Shown here piece by piece: positions 1 through 12,127 of a DNA stretch of 64,000 nt. The translations under genes and the position numbers were made by a program. The notes beneath the pieces are model-generated. The model was not told the DNA's origin and searched no databases. It was given only the letters and a program-made list of their open reading frames with translations. Positions within the stretch are counted from its first letter, which is position 1. Every line of letters starts with the position of its first letter. This stretch comes from Squalus acanthias (Eukaryota): positions 106,146,001 through 106,210,000 of the forward strand of contig CM059431.1 of assembly GCA_030390025.1 (NCBI GenBank). Direction: 5' to 3'.

Positions 1-116
1 GGCTGTCATGTTTTCAACATTACAACACTTCAAAAGTATTTAATTGGCTTTAAAGCACTTTGGGATGTCCTGAGGTCAGCAAAGGCATTATATAAATGCA
101 AGTCATTCTTTTCTTT
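1..116 (+). mobile_element. Deu-domain SINE tail
   Basis: cacttcaaaagta...tataaatgcaagt; similar tail pieces at 31305-31432 (+) and 58958-59140 (-). Confidence 0.7.
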
Positions 117-589
117 CATTAGCTAACCCCATTTGACAAGTAACAATCGTTTGCGGTAGAAGCAATAATTCCAAGGACAGAATTAATGGCATCACTGTTA
201 AAGTGCCATTGTCATTCTCCCTTCCCCACAATAGCAAGCACCTACAAAAAAAAACTTTTAAATATTGCTTATTAAAGGAGAAGTTGACTCTACAACCCTA
301 ATTTTGCAAGTATGGCAACGTCACGCTGTGCTGACCTGTGCTGTGGGCTTACCCACACTAGCAGCACATTGCTGGCTCAAGCAGATGTTGAGAGGCAAGC
401 CCTTTCCATTCACTTCAACATGTTCCCTACACACAGAAAACGTGTGCAGTGAGGCAGGCTCCAAGAGTTTGTTTGCCCCGGGAGTTGCAAAACTGGGTGA
501 ACTGTGCAGCCTGTCGTGGAAGGAGAGTTCACTCTGCTTCATCCTGACAGTAAAGGGAGGTGTGAGCAATAGACACGCAGAGGACTGTG

Positions 590-785
590 CGCAAGACTCC
601 CTCGTTTAACAATGAATCCTCAGACTTGTTACAGGAGGCGCCGAAGTCAAACCATCTGTTACATCTGAGGTGCACGCTACATGGGTGGAGGTAGCCAAAC
701 GAGCATCTGCAGCCTCCCGAGTTTGCCGGAACGTGCAACAAATGTGAAGGAAGGGCAGAGGGATCAGGCGATGTGCCCAAGTAGG
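590..785 (+). pseudogene. Degenerate Myb/SANT-like Harbinger ORF2 remnant
   Basis: Manual translation across two frames: RKTPSFNNESSDLLQ and ATWVEVAKRASAASRVCRNVQQM*RK, followed by a gtaggt donor-like site. Confidence 0.4.
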
Positions 786-896
786 TGCACATATACATGC
801 TGACTCATCGCCCAAAGGCGGCATGAAGCCAATGCAAATATTCACCTGCTGCACTCTCAGCAAGACAGCAGGCCGAGCCTGCAGAAAAGAAAACAT

Positions 897-1005
897 TTGC
901 AGGGGCTGTGGGGAAAGAGCACAGCAGTGGGACTAATTGAATAGCTCTTTCAAAGAGCTGGGACAGACACAATGGGCCGAATGGCCTCCTTCTGTGCTGC
1001 GTGAG
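897..1005 (+). mobile_element. CR1 3' UTR fragment
   Basis: gggccgaatggcctccttctgtgctg terminal motif. Confidence 0.7.
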
Positions 1006-1689
1006 ACTAAAAGAAAATAAGTGAGGAGAAAAAAACAAAATCAGGCAAACATCAGCTGGAAACTCAACAGTGAACCACAGGCAACTTTTCTTTGGGGTTA
1101 CCTTCTCTTTTAAGCTGGAAAGTTCATTGAACTGAATTTAACATTGAACTGATTGCTTTTTCTCACCCTTCTTACTTCTGTGTTTCTCTGAGTCCAGCTT
1201 GCGCGTGACCTCATTGCGTAGCATGCCAAGGATTAGAGCCCACAGCCATTCTCATTTTATTTATTTATAGCGAGTCCAGGTCACACAGTGTAGATTACTT
1301 CTGTGATCTTTGCGGGCAGATCCAGGTAGAACTTCTATTTCGCAGAAAATAAACAAAATGCTGATGCGAACTCTCTCAAGTGTTGTTTGGCATACGTAAG
1401 TGGCAATTTTCTTCGCGGCTTTTATCTCTCATGTACCTCACCAGTGCTTTTAGCAAATAAATAAAACATTACACGCTGATTTGAGGGCTCACAAAACCTA
1501 TCACCAGTTCCCACTGTTATCCCTTGGATTGCAAACACGTATCTCATCACAGGGGCAACACAAGCTCCGAGCATCTCACCCAGGCACAGCCATATGAGAA
1601 CAGTGCTGGGCAGTCTAGAATCCTATCACCCTAGCCAGCCACAACCACTAGAGAACAGCACTGGGCAATCACCGAGAGAAAAAAAACAA

Positions 1690-1947
1690 GTGAATAGGGT
1701 GAAGAGGGAAAACTTTTTCACCCAGAGGGTGGTTGGAATCTGGAACTCACTGCCTGAAAGGATGGTAGAGGCAGGAACCCTCACAACATTCAAGAAGCAT
1801 TTAGACGAGCACTTGAAACGCCATAGCATACAAGGCTACGGACCAAGTGCTGGAAAATGGGATTAGAATAGACAGGGCTTGATGGCCGGCACAGACACGA
1901 TGGGCCGAAGGGCCTCTTTCTGTGCTGTATAACTCTATGACTCTATG
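1690..1947 (+). mobile_element. CR1 3' fragment
   Basis: NFFTQRVVGIWNSLPE...GKWD; actctatg x2 tail. Confidence 0.88.
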
Positions 1948-2180
1948 AGGGTAGTCTTTTTTTAAGTGAGATTCTAAAAAGTAATGTGGAAAACCTATAG
2001 TAAGAAAAAAATATGGCTACTGTAAGATTATCATGTTGGTTTTTAGAATATTTGCTTTGCTATCTTATAATTCAGTATCTTATAATCATCAGTAATGGAT
2101 TTCTAATCGTGTGTAAGAATTAAATAAAGAAGTCTGTAATCATCAACAGTATGCAATGGTAACCTGAATTATCAATAACA

Positions 2181-2919
2181 TGTAACCCTTTTTCTTATGC
2201 TTAAATGTCTGTGAGTAAGCTGTAACCAGACAACCTGGGGTGAGAAAGAGGATTGCTATAGTCGAATAGTGAGGCTGTGGGTGAAGGCTGGATATAAGCC
2301 AACAGTAAGGATGAGACATACAGTACAGCTAGCCTGGGAACCAAGGTCGTGTGTGGTTGCCACTGTGTCAGAATGTTATAACATCCGCAGTAAATTAAAA
2401 ACAAAGGCCAAGAGCAAGGGCTATATCGCAACCTATAGAGACATATTCCTTCTGTATTGCCATAACTACCCCAGATATGTGTCTTGATGGTCAGAAACAG
2501 ATGATGTAAGAGTGTCATAAGACTAAAAACCTGCGTCAGCCAGGGTGCTACCAACGTGGCCTCTTTAGGATTGGATTTTGGGTTTGGGTGTCAGCCAGTG
2601 ATTGGTTCAGGCGGACTCCAAAGGTTTTGAATGAGAGTAAGGGTATAAGAAGGGGGCCTTACCAGCCACAAAGTGTAGGAGAATTCAGGAGCAGAAGATT
2701 TCAGGAGTAGGAGATTTCAAGAAGAATCAAAGAGACACCCGGGAGACGAGGCAAGATCAGAGACAAGAGACACAGGGTGCAGACTGCTCACAGTTGCTTC
2801 TACCCAGAGTATAAGTGATAATATATGTCTCAATTATTCTCTGTAAACTGTGGCTCAAATACTGTAATGTATTAAGTCTTACTTGTGCTGAATAAAGTTA
2901 AATCACTGTCCCTAATACA
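2181..2919 (+). mobile_element. Putative solo LTR (ERV-like)
   Basis: tgta...taca ends, gattgg at about 2620, tataa at 2644, aataaa at 2891. No TSD found, so boundaries are uncertain. Confidence 0.45.
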
Positions 2920-2939
2920 GGTCAACCTCAAACCCTTCA

Positions 2940-3300
2940 CCCTTTGGAAACAGTTTCTCTTTATTTACTCTATTTAAACCCTTCATGATTTTAAACACCT
3001 CTTATCAAATCTCCACTTGGCCTTCTCTGCTCTAAGGAGAACAACCCCAGCTTCTCCAGTCTACCCACGTAACTGTAATTCTCAGACCTAGAATCATTCT
3101 AGTAAATCTCTTCTGCACCCTCTCCAAAGCCTTCACGTCCTTCTTAAGGTGTGGTGCCCAGAATTGGACCCAATACTCCAGCTGGGGTCGAACTAGTGTT
3201 TTATAAAGGTTTAGCATAACTTCCTGGCTTTTGTACTCTCTGCCTCTATTTATAAAGCCCAGGATCCCATATGCTTTATTAACTGCTTTATTAACCTGTC
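2940..3300 (-). mobile_element. CR1 fragment
   Basis: LYKTLVRPQLEYWVQFWAP. Confidence 0.85.
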
Positions 3301-3423
3301 ACTGAAGGACAAACAGAATCGGGAATGGAGCCTGATGTTTTCCATTCCGGGCATTGAAGGCCAGTCGTGACCCCCCATTGATGCCCAGCTGAGTTCAAGC
3401 TGGGCGCAGAACAGGGATTAAAA

Positions 3424-4110
3424 CTGAAACTTCATGGACTGCATGGTGCAGTAGGCCACCAACAGTGCCTTAGCCCACTGTGAGAACCTTCACGGACTGC
3501 ATGGTGCAGTAGACCACCAACAATGCCTTAGCCCACTGTGAGAACCTTCGCGGACTGCATGGTGCAGTACAACACCAAAAGTGCCTTGACCCTCTGTGAG
3601 AACCTTCACAGACTGCGTGGCGCAGTACAACACCAAAAGTGCCTTGACCCACTGTGAGAACCTTCACAGACTGCGTGGCGCAGTACAACACCAAAAGATC
3701 ATAAGAAAGAACATAAGAAATAGGAACAGGAGTAGGCCATTTGGCCCCTCGAGCCTGCTCCGCCATTTAATGAGATCATGGTTGATCTGATCTTGGGCTC
3801 AGCTCCATTTCCCTGCCCGCTCCCAATAACCCTTCACTCCCTTATTGTTCAAGAATCTGTCTATCTCCGCCTTAAATATATTCAATGGCCCAGCCTCCAC
3901 AGCTCTCTGGGGCAGAGAATTCCACAGATTCACGACCCTCTGAGAGAAGAAATTCCTCCTCATCTCAGTTTTAAATGGGCAACTCCTTATTCTGAACCTA
4001 TGCCCCCTAGTTCTAGATTCCCCCACGAGGGGAAACATCTTCTCTGCATCTACTGCGAGAACCTTCACAGACTGCATGGCGCAGTACACCACCAAAAGTA
4101 CTTTGACCCC
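3424..4110. repeat. 58-bp minisatellite (about 6 units) interrupted by a CR1 fragment
   Basis: Units start at 3481, 3539, 3597 and 3655 (tgagaaccttcac...), with a diverged unit at 3424 and a last unit at about 4053. Confidence 0.92.
3698..4052 (-). mobile_element. CR1 3' fragment
   Basis: MFPLVGESRTRGH...WNSLPQ; cataagaa tail. Confidence 0.9.
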
Positions 4111-4326
4111 CCCGAGAGCTACGGGAAAAAAATGCTTCTTAAAGGAGAACATAAATGTTGCGGAAAGTTTTATTTACTCTCTTCAGTTGCATAAATAGTA
4201 CATTTTAAAACCTCTCCTTTACTTCAGTCGCTTAATTCTCAGCTGTTCTTAGATCATTTCTATATGAATCAGTATGATGACAGCAGGGAACGCGACCAAC
4301 ACAGAGAACAATCACCAAAATCAGGA

Positions 4327-4442
4327 GAACATAAGAAATGGGAGCAGGAATAGGCCACTTGGCCCCTCGAGCCTGCTCCCCCATTCAATAAGATCATGGC
4401 TGATCTTGGGCTCAAAGCCACTTCCCCGCCCGCTCCCTGTAA
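4327..4442 (-). mobile_element. CR1 3' UTR fragment
   Basis: Matches 3710-3828. Confidence 0.8.
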
Positions 4443-4642
4443 CAAACAATCGCCCGCGTGTGATTTGCATGGTGGCTTCATAACTCAGTGGTCCTTAATG
4501 AACAGCCCTGTGTTGATGCCTTGCTGCGATATCAGCCCATAAATGTTCTGGTTTTAAAAAAAAAATGCAGTCTCCTGGGTATATGAAGAAACTAGTCTAT
4601 AATATTACAGAAAGAAAGCAGCACAATTTAAAGTTGAGCATG

Positions 4643-5106
4643 GAGCTGAGAGGGTTGTCCTATGAGGAGAGATTGAGTAGATTGGGCCTTTACTCACTGG
4701 AGTTTAGAAGAATGAGAGGTGATCTCATTGAAACATAAAAGAATCTGAGAGGGACTGACAGGGTAGGTGCTGAGAGGTTGTTTCACCTGGTTGGAGAGTC
4801 TAGAACTAGGGGGCATAGTCTCAGAATAAGGGGTTGGTCATTTAAGACTGAGATGAGGAGGAATTTCTTCACTCAGAGGGTTGTGAATCTTTGGAATTGT
4901 CTACCACAAAGGGCTGTGGATGCTGAGACGTTGAGTATATTCAAGGCTGAGATCGACAGATTCCTGGACTCTAGGGGAATCAAGGGATTTGGGGATCAGA
5001 CAGGAAAGTGGAGTTGAGGTCGAAGATCAGCCATGATCTTATTGAATGGTGGAGTAGGCTCGAAGGGCTGTATGGCCGACTCCTGCTCCTAATTCTTATG
5101 TTCTTC
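4643..5106 (+). mobile_element. CR1 3' fragment
   Basis: GESRTRGHSLRIRG...; ttcttatgttctt tail. Confidence 0.9.
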
Positions 5107-6375
5107 TGACACAAGGTGGTGAGATGTATTACTCTTCACCATACTCACATTCCCCTTTAAGAAGCCACAGCAATGTGGAAATAATCTGCAGCGAGATCCG
5201 ATTGACAAAGATAACACTGTCCGAGCTAGATAAAGATATTGTTATTTATTTCTCTACATTAAGGTTCACTTGTTAGACTGCCTCTTATCACGGGAATTTC
5301 CATATTACGGGTCATTTAGCTAGAATATCAAAGTAGCTTTTGGGATTCGTGAAGATGCTGTTTATCACTGCAGTGGGAGAGAGTTTCTTTAAAAAAAAAA
5401 ATTAAATTATGATAAAATTACATTTTTGCATCCTGTATTATTTTGTTCAATATTTTCTGTAGTAAAAGCTGGTTGAGTACTTAACAAGGAAAAGTGACCT
5501 TGAAGGTTGAGGGCTCGTTGTACAGAGACACTCATTAACCCAGTGGTAACCTGCTCTGCTGTGGTTCAATGGCTGAGATGCTCAGTCTAGTGGGATTAAT
5601 TGGATAGCTCTACCCAAGAGCCGGCACAGGCACGATCGGCCGAATGGGCTCCTTCTGTGCTGTATCATTCTATGATTCCATATGAACTTGAAATGTCACA
5701 ACTTGTCACATGGATTCATGGACACCATCAGTCCTGACAACACGGACTGTGAGGATAAAATCTGCACTGTGCACTTGTGTGCCCCGACAAATCTCTCACA
5801 AGTGTCAGTTGAACCTTCTCTTCTCCTTGATAATTGTAGATGTGACATTTGCAGAACAAGCTGCCATTCACAAGCTGATCTCAAAGACTTTTTTTCCCCC
5901 CGAATCTCACAAGGCAATGACAGGCGCATTGTGTGTCCTTCATACCACATGAGACAGGGAACAAGTGTACTCCCCCCCCAACAAGGAGTCAGTACCTACA
6001 TGAAGAAGAAGAGGGGAGGGGTGATTGGCAGGAAAATCAGGAAGAAAAAGAAGGAAATCAGACAAACAGCTACAACAGTTCTACAATTATGTGGGGTGAT
6101 TCTTGCAAAAAAGAAAACCTTCGTTCTGTCAAATTGCCTCATCTTTTCTGCAGTAATCTGACATTCTCCACTCACATCATTATTTTACCAAGGTACATGT
6201 CTAATTCTAACTGCCGGTGACAACAAAACGCTTGCTTCAATGTGTCCTGATGACGCGGTGCGTCGATACACAAGATCGAGGTAACATACACTCAAGTCTC
6301 AGTATCTTCTAACATTTCTGCTTCCTCGGGGAGAAAGATACTGATCCTGTGCGAGTCACTCAGTGCAGTTATGAG

Positions 6376-6399
6376 GAGAGAGAGAGAGAGAGAGAGAGA
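6376..6399. repeat. (GA)n microsatellite
   Basis: Seen directly. Confidence 0.9.
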
Positions 6400-7161
6400 G
6401 CAAGGGAGGAGGAAGTGCTGTTCAAAGGGAGGTCGGGTAAACTAGGGATCCATCGCTGCTAATACAGTGCCTCCGAATGGTCAGAGAAGGAACATTAAAG
6501 CAGAAGGAAAGGTAGACTGAGAATAGATCATTCAACCCTTTATGACCCAACATCACCTGTCACAGTGTCCAGCTGTATTTTGAACATCCCTAATACTTTT
6601 GCCACTTCTCCCCTGCCTGGGTCGATATTTTTCAAGTGTTTATCAATCCTCGATTAAAGAAGTTCTTCCTGATAACTTTAACAAATTAAAGCTGTGTTGA
6701 TCAAGCCCAGAGAGGCAGATTGCACTAGATACGGCTTTACGTTGGGCTGGATTGCCTGAAAGATGGGGAGCGGGAGATATAAAAAGGAGGAAAATGACAA
6801 AAATAATCAACATCTAATAATAAATGCCTTAGCACATGCACCGTTCAACTGCCTCAGCATTTTAGTGACACGGAGTGCAGCGATCAGATATATTCAGGTT
6901 TTTTCCCCTTTATTTGTGGAGGGAGCCTGATTCTGAATGTCACTTTCCTCTTGCTACAGACCCCCTATCCAGCCGTAGCCCCCTCGCTGCCCTCCTTGCT
7001 GAGGTCAGCTACCTCAGCCCAGCCCAGGGGCTGAATCAGGGGTGCATTTCCCCACTGAGCCGTAATGGTAACCGAGGGGGGGGGTGGGGGATGCAGTGAG
7101 GGAGAGAGGCGGGGGGAACACTTCAACACATTTGATGTGTATACATCAGACACTACTATTT

Positions 7162-7198
7162 TCACCTGACGAAGGAGCAGCGCTCCGAAAGCTTGTGA
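7162..7198 (+). ncRNA. Minimal hammerhead ribozyme
   Basis: tcac-CTGACGA-a-ggagc/agc/gctcc-GAAA-gc-TT-gtga. Confidence 0.83.
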
Positions 7199-7244
7199 TT
7201 TCAAATAAAACTGTTGGACTATAACCTGGTGTTGTGCGACTTCT
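7163..7244 (+). mobile_element. 82-bp Penelope-derived insert: hammerhead plus pLTR 3' end
   Basis: Nearly identical to 48297-48378. 10-bp TSD ctactatttt at 7153-7162 and 7245-7254. Confidence 0.9.
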
Positions 7245-8496
7245 CTACTATTTTATAGTTTAATGATATTTTCAGACACTTAAGCAAACGGACGCCTGGC
7301 TGTATGCTATTAATAATGAACCTGAATTGGGACTGGAAGCCCATCAGAAACTCAATGCACCAGCTCCAGTTAAAGCCATGCTTCATCTAAAGCAATTTTT
7401 TTCCACTGACAGTTCTCAATAAGATAACAGCAGGGCTTTTATTTTATCCACGCTCTTTTATTTTCCACTAGATTATTTCAGGAGTGATCTACACAATACT
7501 TCATTATTATGCACATTATCAACCCCTCGGGTGGGCTGTACAGTATAAAGAAAGGCGATCCTTTTCGAAAAGCTTGTTTTTGCTTCTTAATATGCCTCCG
7601 CCACCCGGTCTAGCAGATTAGCAGGACCCTGAATTTTTTTTTTTAAGTCTACGAATGAAAAATAAAAATGTTTCCAACACTCCACATGCTTAGGGCAAGA
7701 TTTCTGCATCGCGACTTTCTTTAATGTTGGATATTAACCCTACACACTGCGCCTTCTAGGACTTTGGAGCCTGAATTATTTATAGGACTGAATCCATGTC
7801 AAAGCCTTCTCAGGGCTCCCAGTTAAATCCATTTTCAGATGAGCTGAAACTGTTTTCCAGTCACCAGCCACATTCGCAAAAGGCCAAGAAACCATTCAAA
7901 AAATATATATATTTATGCCTCGGAAAAGGTATTTGCAGACTTGCCAACTGTCCCAATGTCTTGGGTTTGCTGCAATGTCAACACGCAAATGTCCCAGTTG
8001 AACACCTCCAACACAATTTTTAAGAAAATGTTTCTACAAAGCAGTCCGACAAACTTGCCCAAGCTACGCAGCTCAAGGCTGACTCAATGCTTGACTGCAA
8101 ACCCCTGACCTATTTACTGGACAGCAGCCAGGTTAACAGCACTGATGAACAAACAATAGAAGAGACCTACAAAAATCCATAACCAGAACCTCTCTGCCAG
8201 ACTCGGAGCACACAACACACCATAAACGATGAATATTAAACATCTGATGTGGTGCCAGTGAAGTCTGGACATTTGTCCCTCCTTGGTTCGGCCTCGGTGA
8301 TTTTTAAAAATGTATTTTTTTGTCCTTCAAATGGTCCGTGTGCCTTCACTGAGTTGTCAGGCTTTCTGGCATTGGAGGTACTAGGTGCTGGAAGGAGCTC
8401 CAAAGCAGGGAGATGAAGTGTGGGAAATGGTTCTGCTTTCAAGGCTGTTGTTATGTTGCCAGCCCTTAGCTCTTTGAGAAACCACTGACATGTCAC

Positions 8497-9175
8497 AGGA
8501 ACATAGGAACAGGTGTAGGCCATTGAGCCCCTCGAGCCTGTTCTGCCATTCAATGAGATAGAAGATAGGAGCAGGAGTAGGCCATTCGGCCCCTCGAGCC
8601 TGTTCCGCCATTTAATGAGATCATGGCTGATCATCCAAATTCAGTACCCTGTCCCTGCTTTCTACCCATATCCCTTGATCCCTTTAGCCTTAAGAAATAT
8701 ATCTAACTCCTTCTTGAATATATTTAATGAATTGGCCTCAACTGCCTTCTGTGGTAGAGAATTCCACAGGTTCACCACTCTCTGGGTGAAGAAATTCCTC
8801 CTCATCTCAGTCCTAAATGGCTTACCCCTTATCCTTAGACTGTGACCTCTGGTTCTGGACTCCCCCGCCATCAGGAACATCCTTCCTGCATCTAGTCTGT
8901 CTAGTCCTGTTAGAATTTTATAAGTTTCAATGAGCTGTGACCTAACTCCATGTACTCGCCTTTGCCCCATATCCCTCAATACCTTTAGTAAACAAAAATC
9001 TATCACTCTCAGATTTAAAATTAACAATTGACCTAGCAACAACTTGCCATTTTCAGAAGACAGTTCCAAACTTCTACCACCTTTTGTGTGTCGAAGTGAA
9101 AGGTCTGGCTCTAAGTTTTAGGCTATGTCCCCTAGTCCTAGATTCCCAAACCAGCGGAAATAGATTCTCTCTAGC
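8497..9175 (-). mobile_element. Three stacked CR1 3' fragments
   Basis: Two successive 3' UTR ends (8497 and about 8562) and coding pieces from two subfamilies. Confidence 0.85.
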
Positions 9176-9177
9176 TA

Positions 9178-9415
9178 CGCTCTTGCGCATCCCTGATTTT
9201 CATCGCTCCACCATTGGCGGCCGCGCCTTCAGCTGTCAAGGCCCTAAGCTCTGGAATTTCTTCCCTAAGCCTCTCCACCTCTCGCTCCTCCTTTAAGACG
9301 CACCTTATAACCCACCCCTTTGACCAAGCTTTTGGTCACCTGTCCTAATATCTCCTTATGTGGCTCGGTGTCAAATTTTGTTTGATAATTGCTCCTGTGA
9401 AGCGCTTTGGGTCCT
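9178..9415 (+). mobile_element. L2 LINE 3' fragment
   Basis: STIGGRAFS...LWN; homologous to 19520-19800 (minus strand). Confidence 0.8.
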
Positions 9416-9419
9416 TTTT

Positions 9420-11402
9420 ACCCACAGTATGTGTGTGTCTGGTCCAGTTAAGTTTCTGGTCAATGGTGACCCCCAGGATGATGATGTTGGGGGATTTGGC
9501 GATGGTAATGCCGTTGAATGTCAAGGGATGGTGGTTAGACTCTCTCTTGCTGGAGATAGTCATTGCCTGGCACTTGTGTGGCATGAATGTTACTTGCCAC
9601 TTATTAGCCCAAGCCTGAATGTTGTCCAGGTCTTGCTGCATGCGGGCATGGACTGCTTCATTGTCTGAAGAGTTGCGAATGGAACTGAATACTGTGCAGT
9701 CATCAGCGAACTTCCCCACTTCTGACCTTATGGTGGAGGGAAGGTCATTGCTGAAGCAGTTGAAGATGGTTAGGCCTAGAACACTGCCCTGAGGAACTCC
9801 TGCAGCGTTGTCCTGGGGCTGAGATGATTGGCCTCCAACAACCACAACGATCTTCCTTTGTGCTAGGTATGACTCCAGCCAGTGGAGAGTTTTTCCCGAT
9901 TCCCATTGACTTCAATTTTACTAGGGCTCCTTGATGCCACGCTCTGTCAAATGCTGCCTTGATGTCACGGGCAGTCACTCTCACTTCACCTCTGTAATTC
10001 AGCTCTTTTGTCCATGTTTGGACCAAGGCTGTAATGAGGTCTGGAGCCAAGTGGTCCTGGCCAAACTGAGCATCAGTGAGCAGGTAATTGGTGAGTAAGT
10101 GCCGCTTGATAGTCCTGTCGATGACACCTTCCATCACTTTGCTGATAATTGAGAGTAGACTGATGGGGTGGTAATTGGCTGGGTTGGATTTGTCCTGCTT
10201 TTTGTGGACAGGACATACCTGGGCAGTTTTCCACATTCTCGGATAGATGCCAGTGTTGTAACTGTACTGGAACAACTTGGCTAGAGGCGTGGCTAGTTCT
10301 GGAGCACAAGTCTTCAGCACGACAGCCGGGATGTTGTCGGGGCCCATAGCTTTTGCTGTATCCAGTGCGCTCAGCCGTTTCTTGATATCACGTGGAGTGA
10401 ATCGAATTGGCTGAAGACTGGCTTCTGTGATGGTGGGGACCTCAGGAGGAGGCCAAGATGGATCATCCACTCGGCACTTCTGGCTGAAGATGGTTGCAAA
10501 TGCTTCAGCCTTGTCTTTTGCATTCACATGCTGGGCTCCACCATCATTGAGGATGGGGATATTCATGGAACCTCCTCCTCCCGTCAGTTGTTTAATGGTC
10601 CACCACCATTCACGACTGGATGTGGCAGGACTGCAGAGCTTTGATCTGATCCGTTGATTGTGGGATCGCTTAGCTCTGTCTATAACATGCTGCTTCTGCT
10701 GTTTAGTCCTGTGTTGCAGCTTCCCCAGGTTGGCAAATCATTTTTAGGTACGTCTGGTGCTGCTCCCGGCATGCTCTTCTACACTCCTTATTGAACCAGG
10801 GTTGGTCCCCTGGCTTGATAATGGTAGAGTGAGGGATATGCCAGGCCATGAGGTTACAGATTATGGTGGAATACAATTCTGCTGCTGCTGATGGCCCACA
10901 GCACCTCATAAATGCCCAGTTTTGAGCTGCTAGATCTGTTCTGAATCTATCCCATTTAGCATGGTGGTAGTGCCACACAACACGATGGAGGGTGTCCTCA
11001 GTGTGAAGACGGGACTTCGTCTCCACAAGGACTATGCGGTGGTCATTCTTACCAATGCTATCATGAACAGATGCATCTGCGACAGGTAGGTTGGTGAGGA
11101 CGAGGTTAAGTAGGTTTTTCCCTCGTTTTGGTTCTCTCACCACCTGCTGCAGGCCCAGTCTGGCAGCTATGTCCTTCAGGACTCGGCCAGCTCGGTCATT
11201 AGTGGTGCTACCGAGCCACTCTTGGGGATGGACATTGAAGTCCCCCACCCAGAGTACATTCTGTGCCCTTGCTACCCTCAGTGCTTCTTCCAAGTGGTGT
11301 TCAACATGGAGGAATACTGATTCATCAGCTGAGGGAGGGCGGTAGGTGAAAATCAGCAGGAGATTTCCTTGCCCATATCTGACCTGATTCCATGAGACTT
11401 CA
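9420..11402 (-). mobile_element. CR1-group LINE ORF2 fragment (AP endonuclease + RT), frameshifted
   Basis: WVGDFNVH (endonuclease), KAMGPDNIP, DIKAAFDR, GVPQGSVLG and FADD across three broken ORFs. Confidence 0.92.
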
Positions 11403-11403
11403 T

Positions 11404-12032
11404 TGACAGGCTGATTGACAGGCTGGATGCCTGTTGGGTGGAAAAACAGTCGAGGATTGGATGCCAGGTAAGTGGGGGCAGGGGTGGGAAATCGTGGGGG
11501 AATGGGGGTCAGTGATCAAAGGGAGGAGTGGGGGTCAGAAATTGTGGGGGGTCGGAGATCATGTGGGGGTGGGCGCTGGAGATCACAGGGCGTTGGAGGT
11601 TGGAGATCACAGCAGGGGGTGGAGGTCGGAGTTCGCTGGGAGTGGGGGTTGGAGATCGTGGGGGCTGGGGGTCAGAGGTCACGGGCATTGGGCATCAGAG
11701 ATCAGGGGGAGTGGTGGGTACAGAGGTTACCTTATTGCGCTGGGGCAAAACACTCCTGCTCCTCCTGGCCCACAAGCAGTGCTGCTTGGATTCCTGAGCC
11801 CTGGGAAACCCAGCTGACATTAGATAAAAATTTTAAAAACATGTTAAGATGGAGGCAGGCAGCCTCCTTAAAAGATTTCAGTCTCGGACCCGCCTCCTGG
11901 GAGCGGATTGCTCGACCGCGCCTCCATTCAAACCGGAAGTGGGCGGGTTGGAGGCGGGTTTGAAATGTTAAAAACTTTAACTTTCCACCCGACCCCAAAC
12001 CCACCCTTTCTTGGGGGGTTAAACTGACCCCC
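11404..12032. mobile_element. Partial MITE-like element with G-rich ggagatc array
   Basis: Ends ttaaactgaccccc (compare ttaaaattgcccc at 56539-56551); gcgggtt subterminal motifs; no left TIR found. Confidence 0.45.
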
Positions 12033-12106
12033 ATTGTATCTTGCTCACTATTCCTGCTCATCTGGAGAGAGGCAAAATGATCTGGGTTAAATAAAATTCA
12101 CATACA

Positions 12107-12127
12107 TATATATATATATATATATAT
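12107..12127. repeat. (TA)n microsatellite
   Basis: Seen directly. Confidence 0.9.

Noticed and set aside
3424..3700. CRISPR-like periodic array
   Set aside because: Whole 58-bp units repeat with no unique spacers; eukaryotic context; no cas genes.
5682..6161. 159-aa ORF with a Lys/Arg-rich stretch
   Set aside because: No recognisable domain; composition explained by a purine-rich tract.
6243..6275. CTGATGA followed by a gacgc/gcgtc hairpin, hammerhead-like
   Set aside because: No GAAA after the stem, and the stem overlaps the core.
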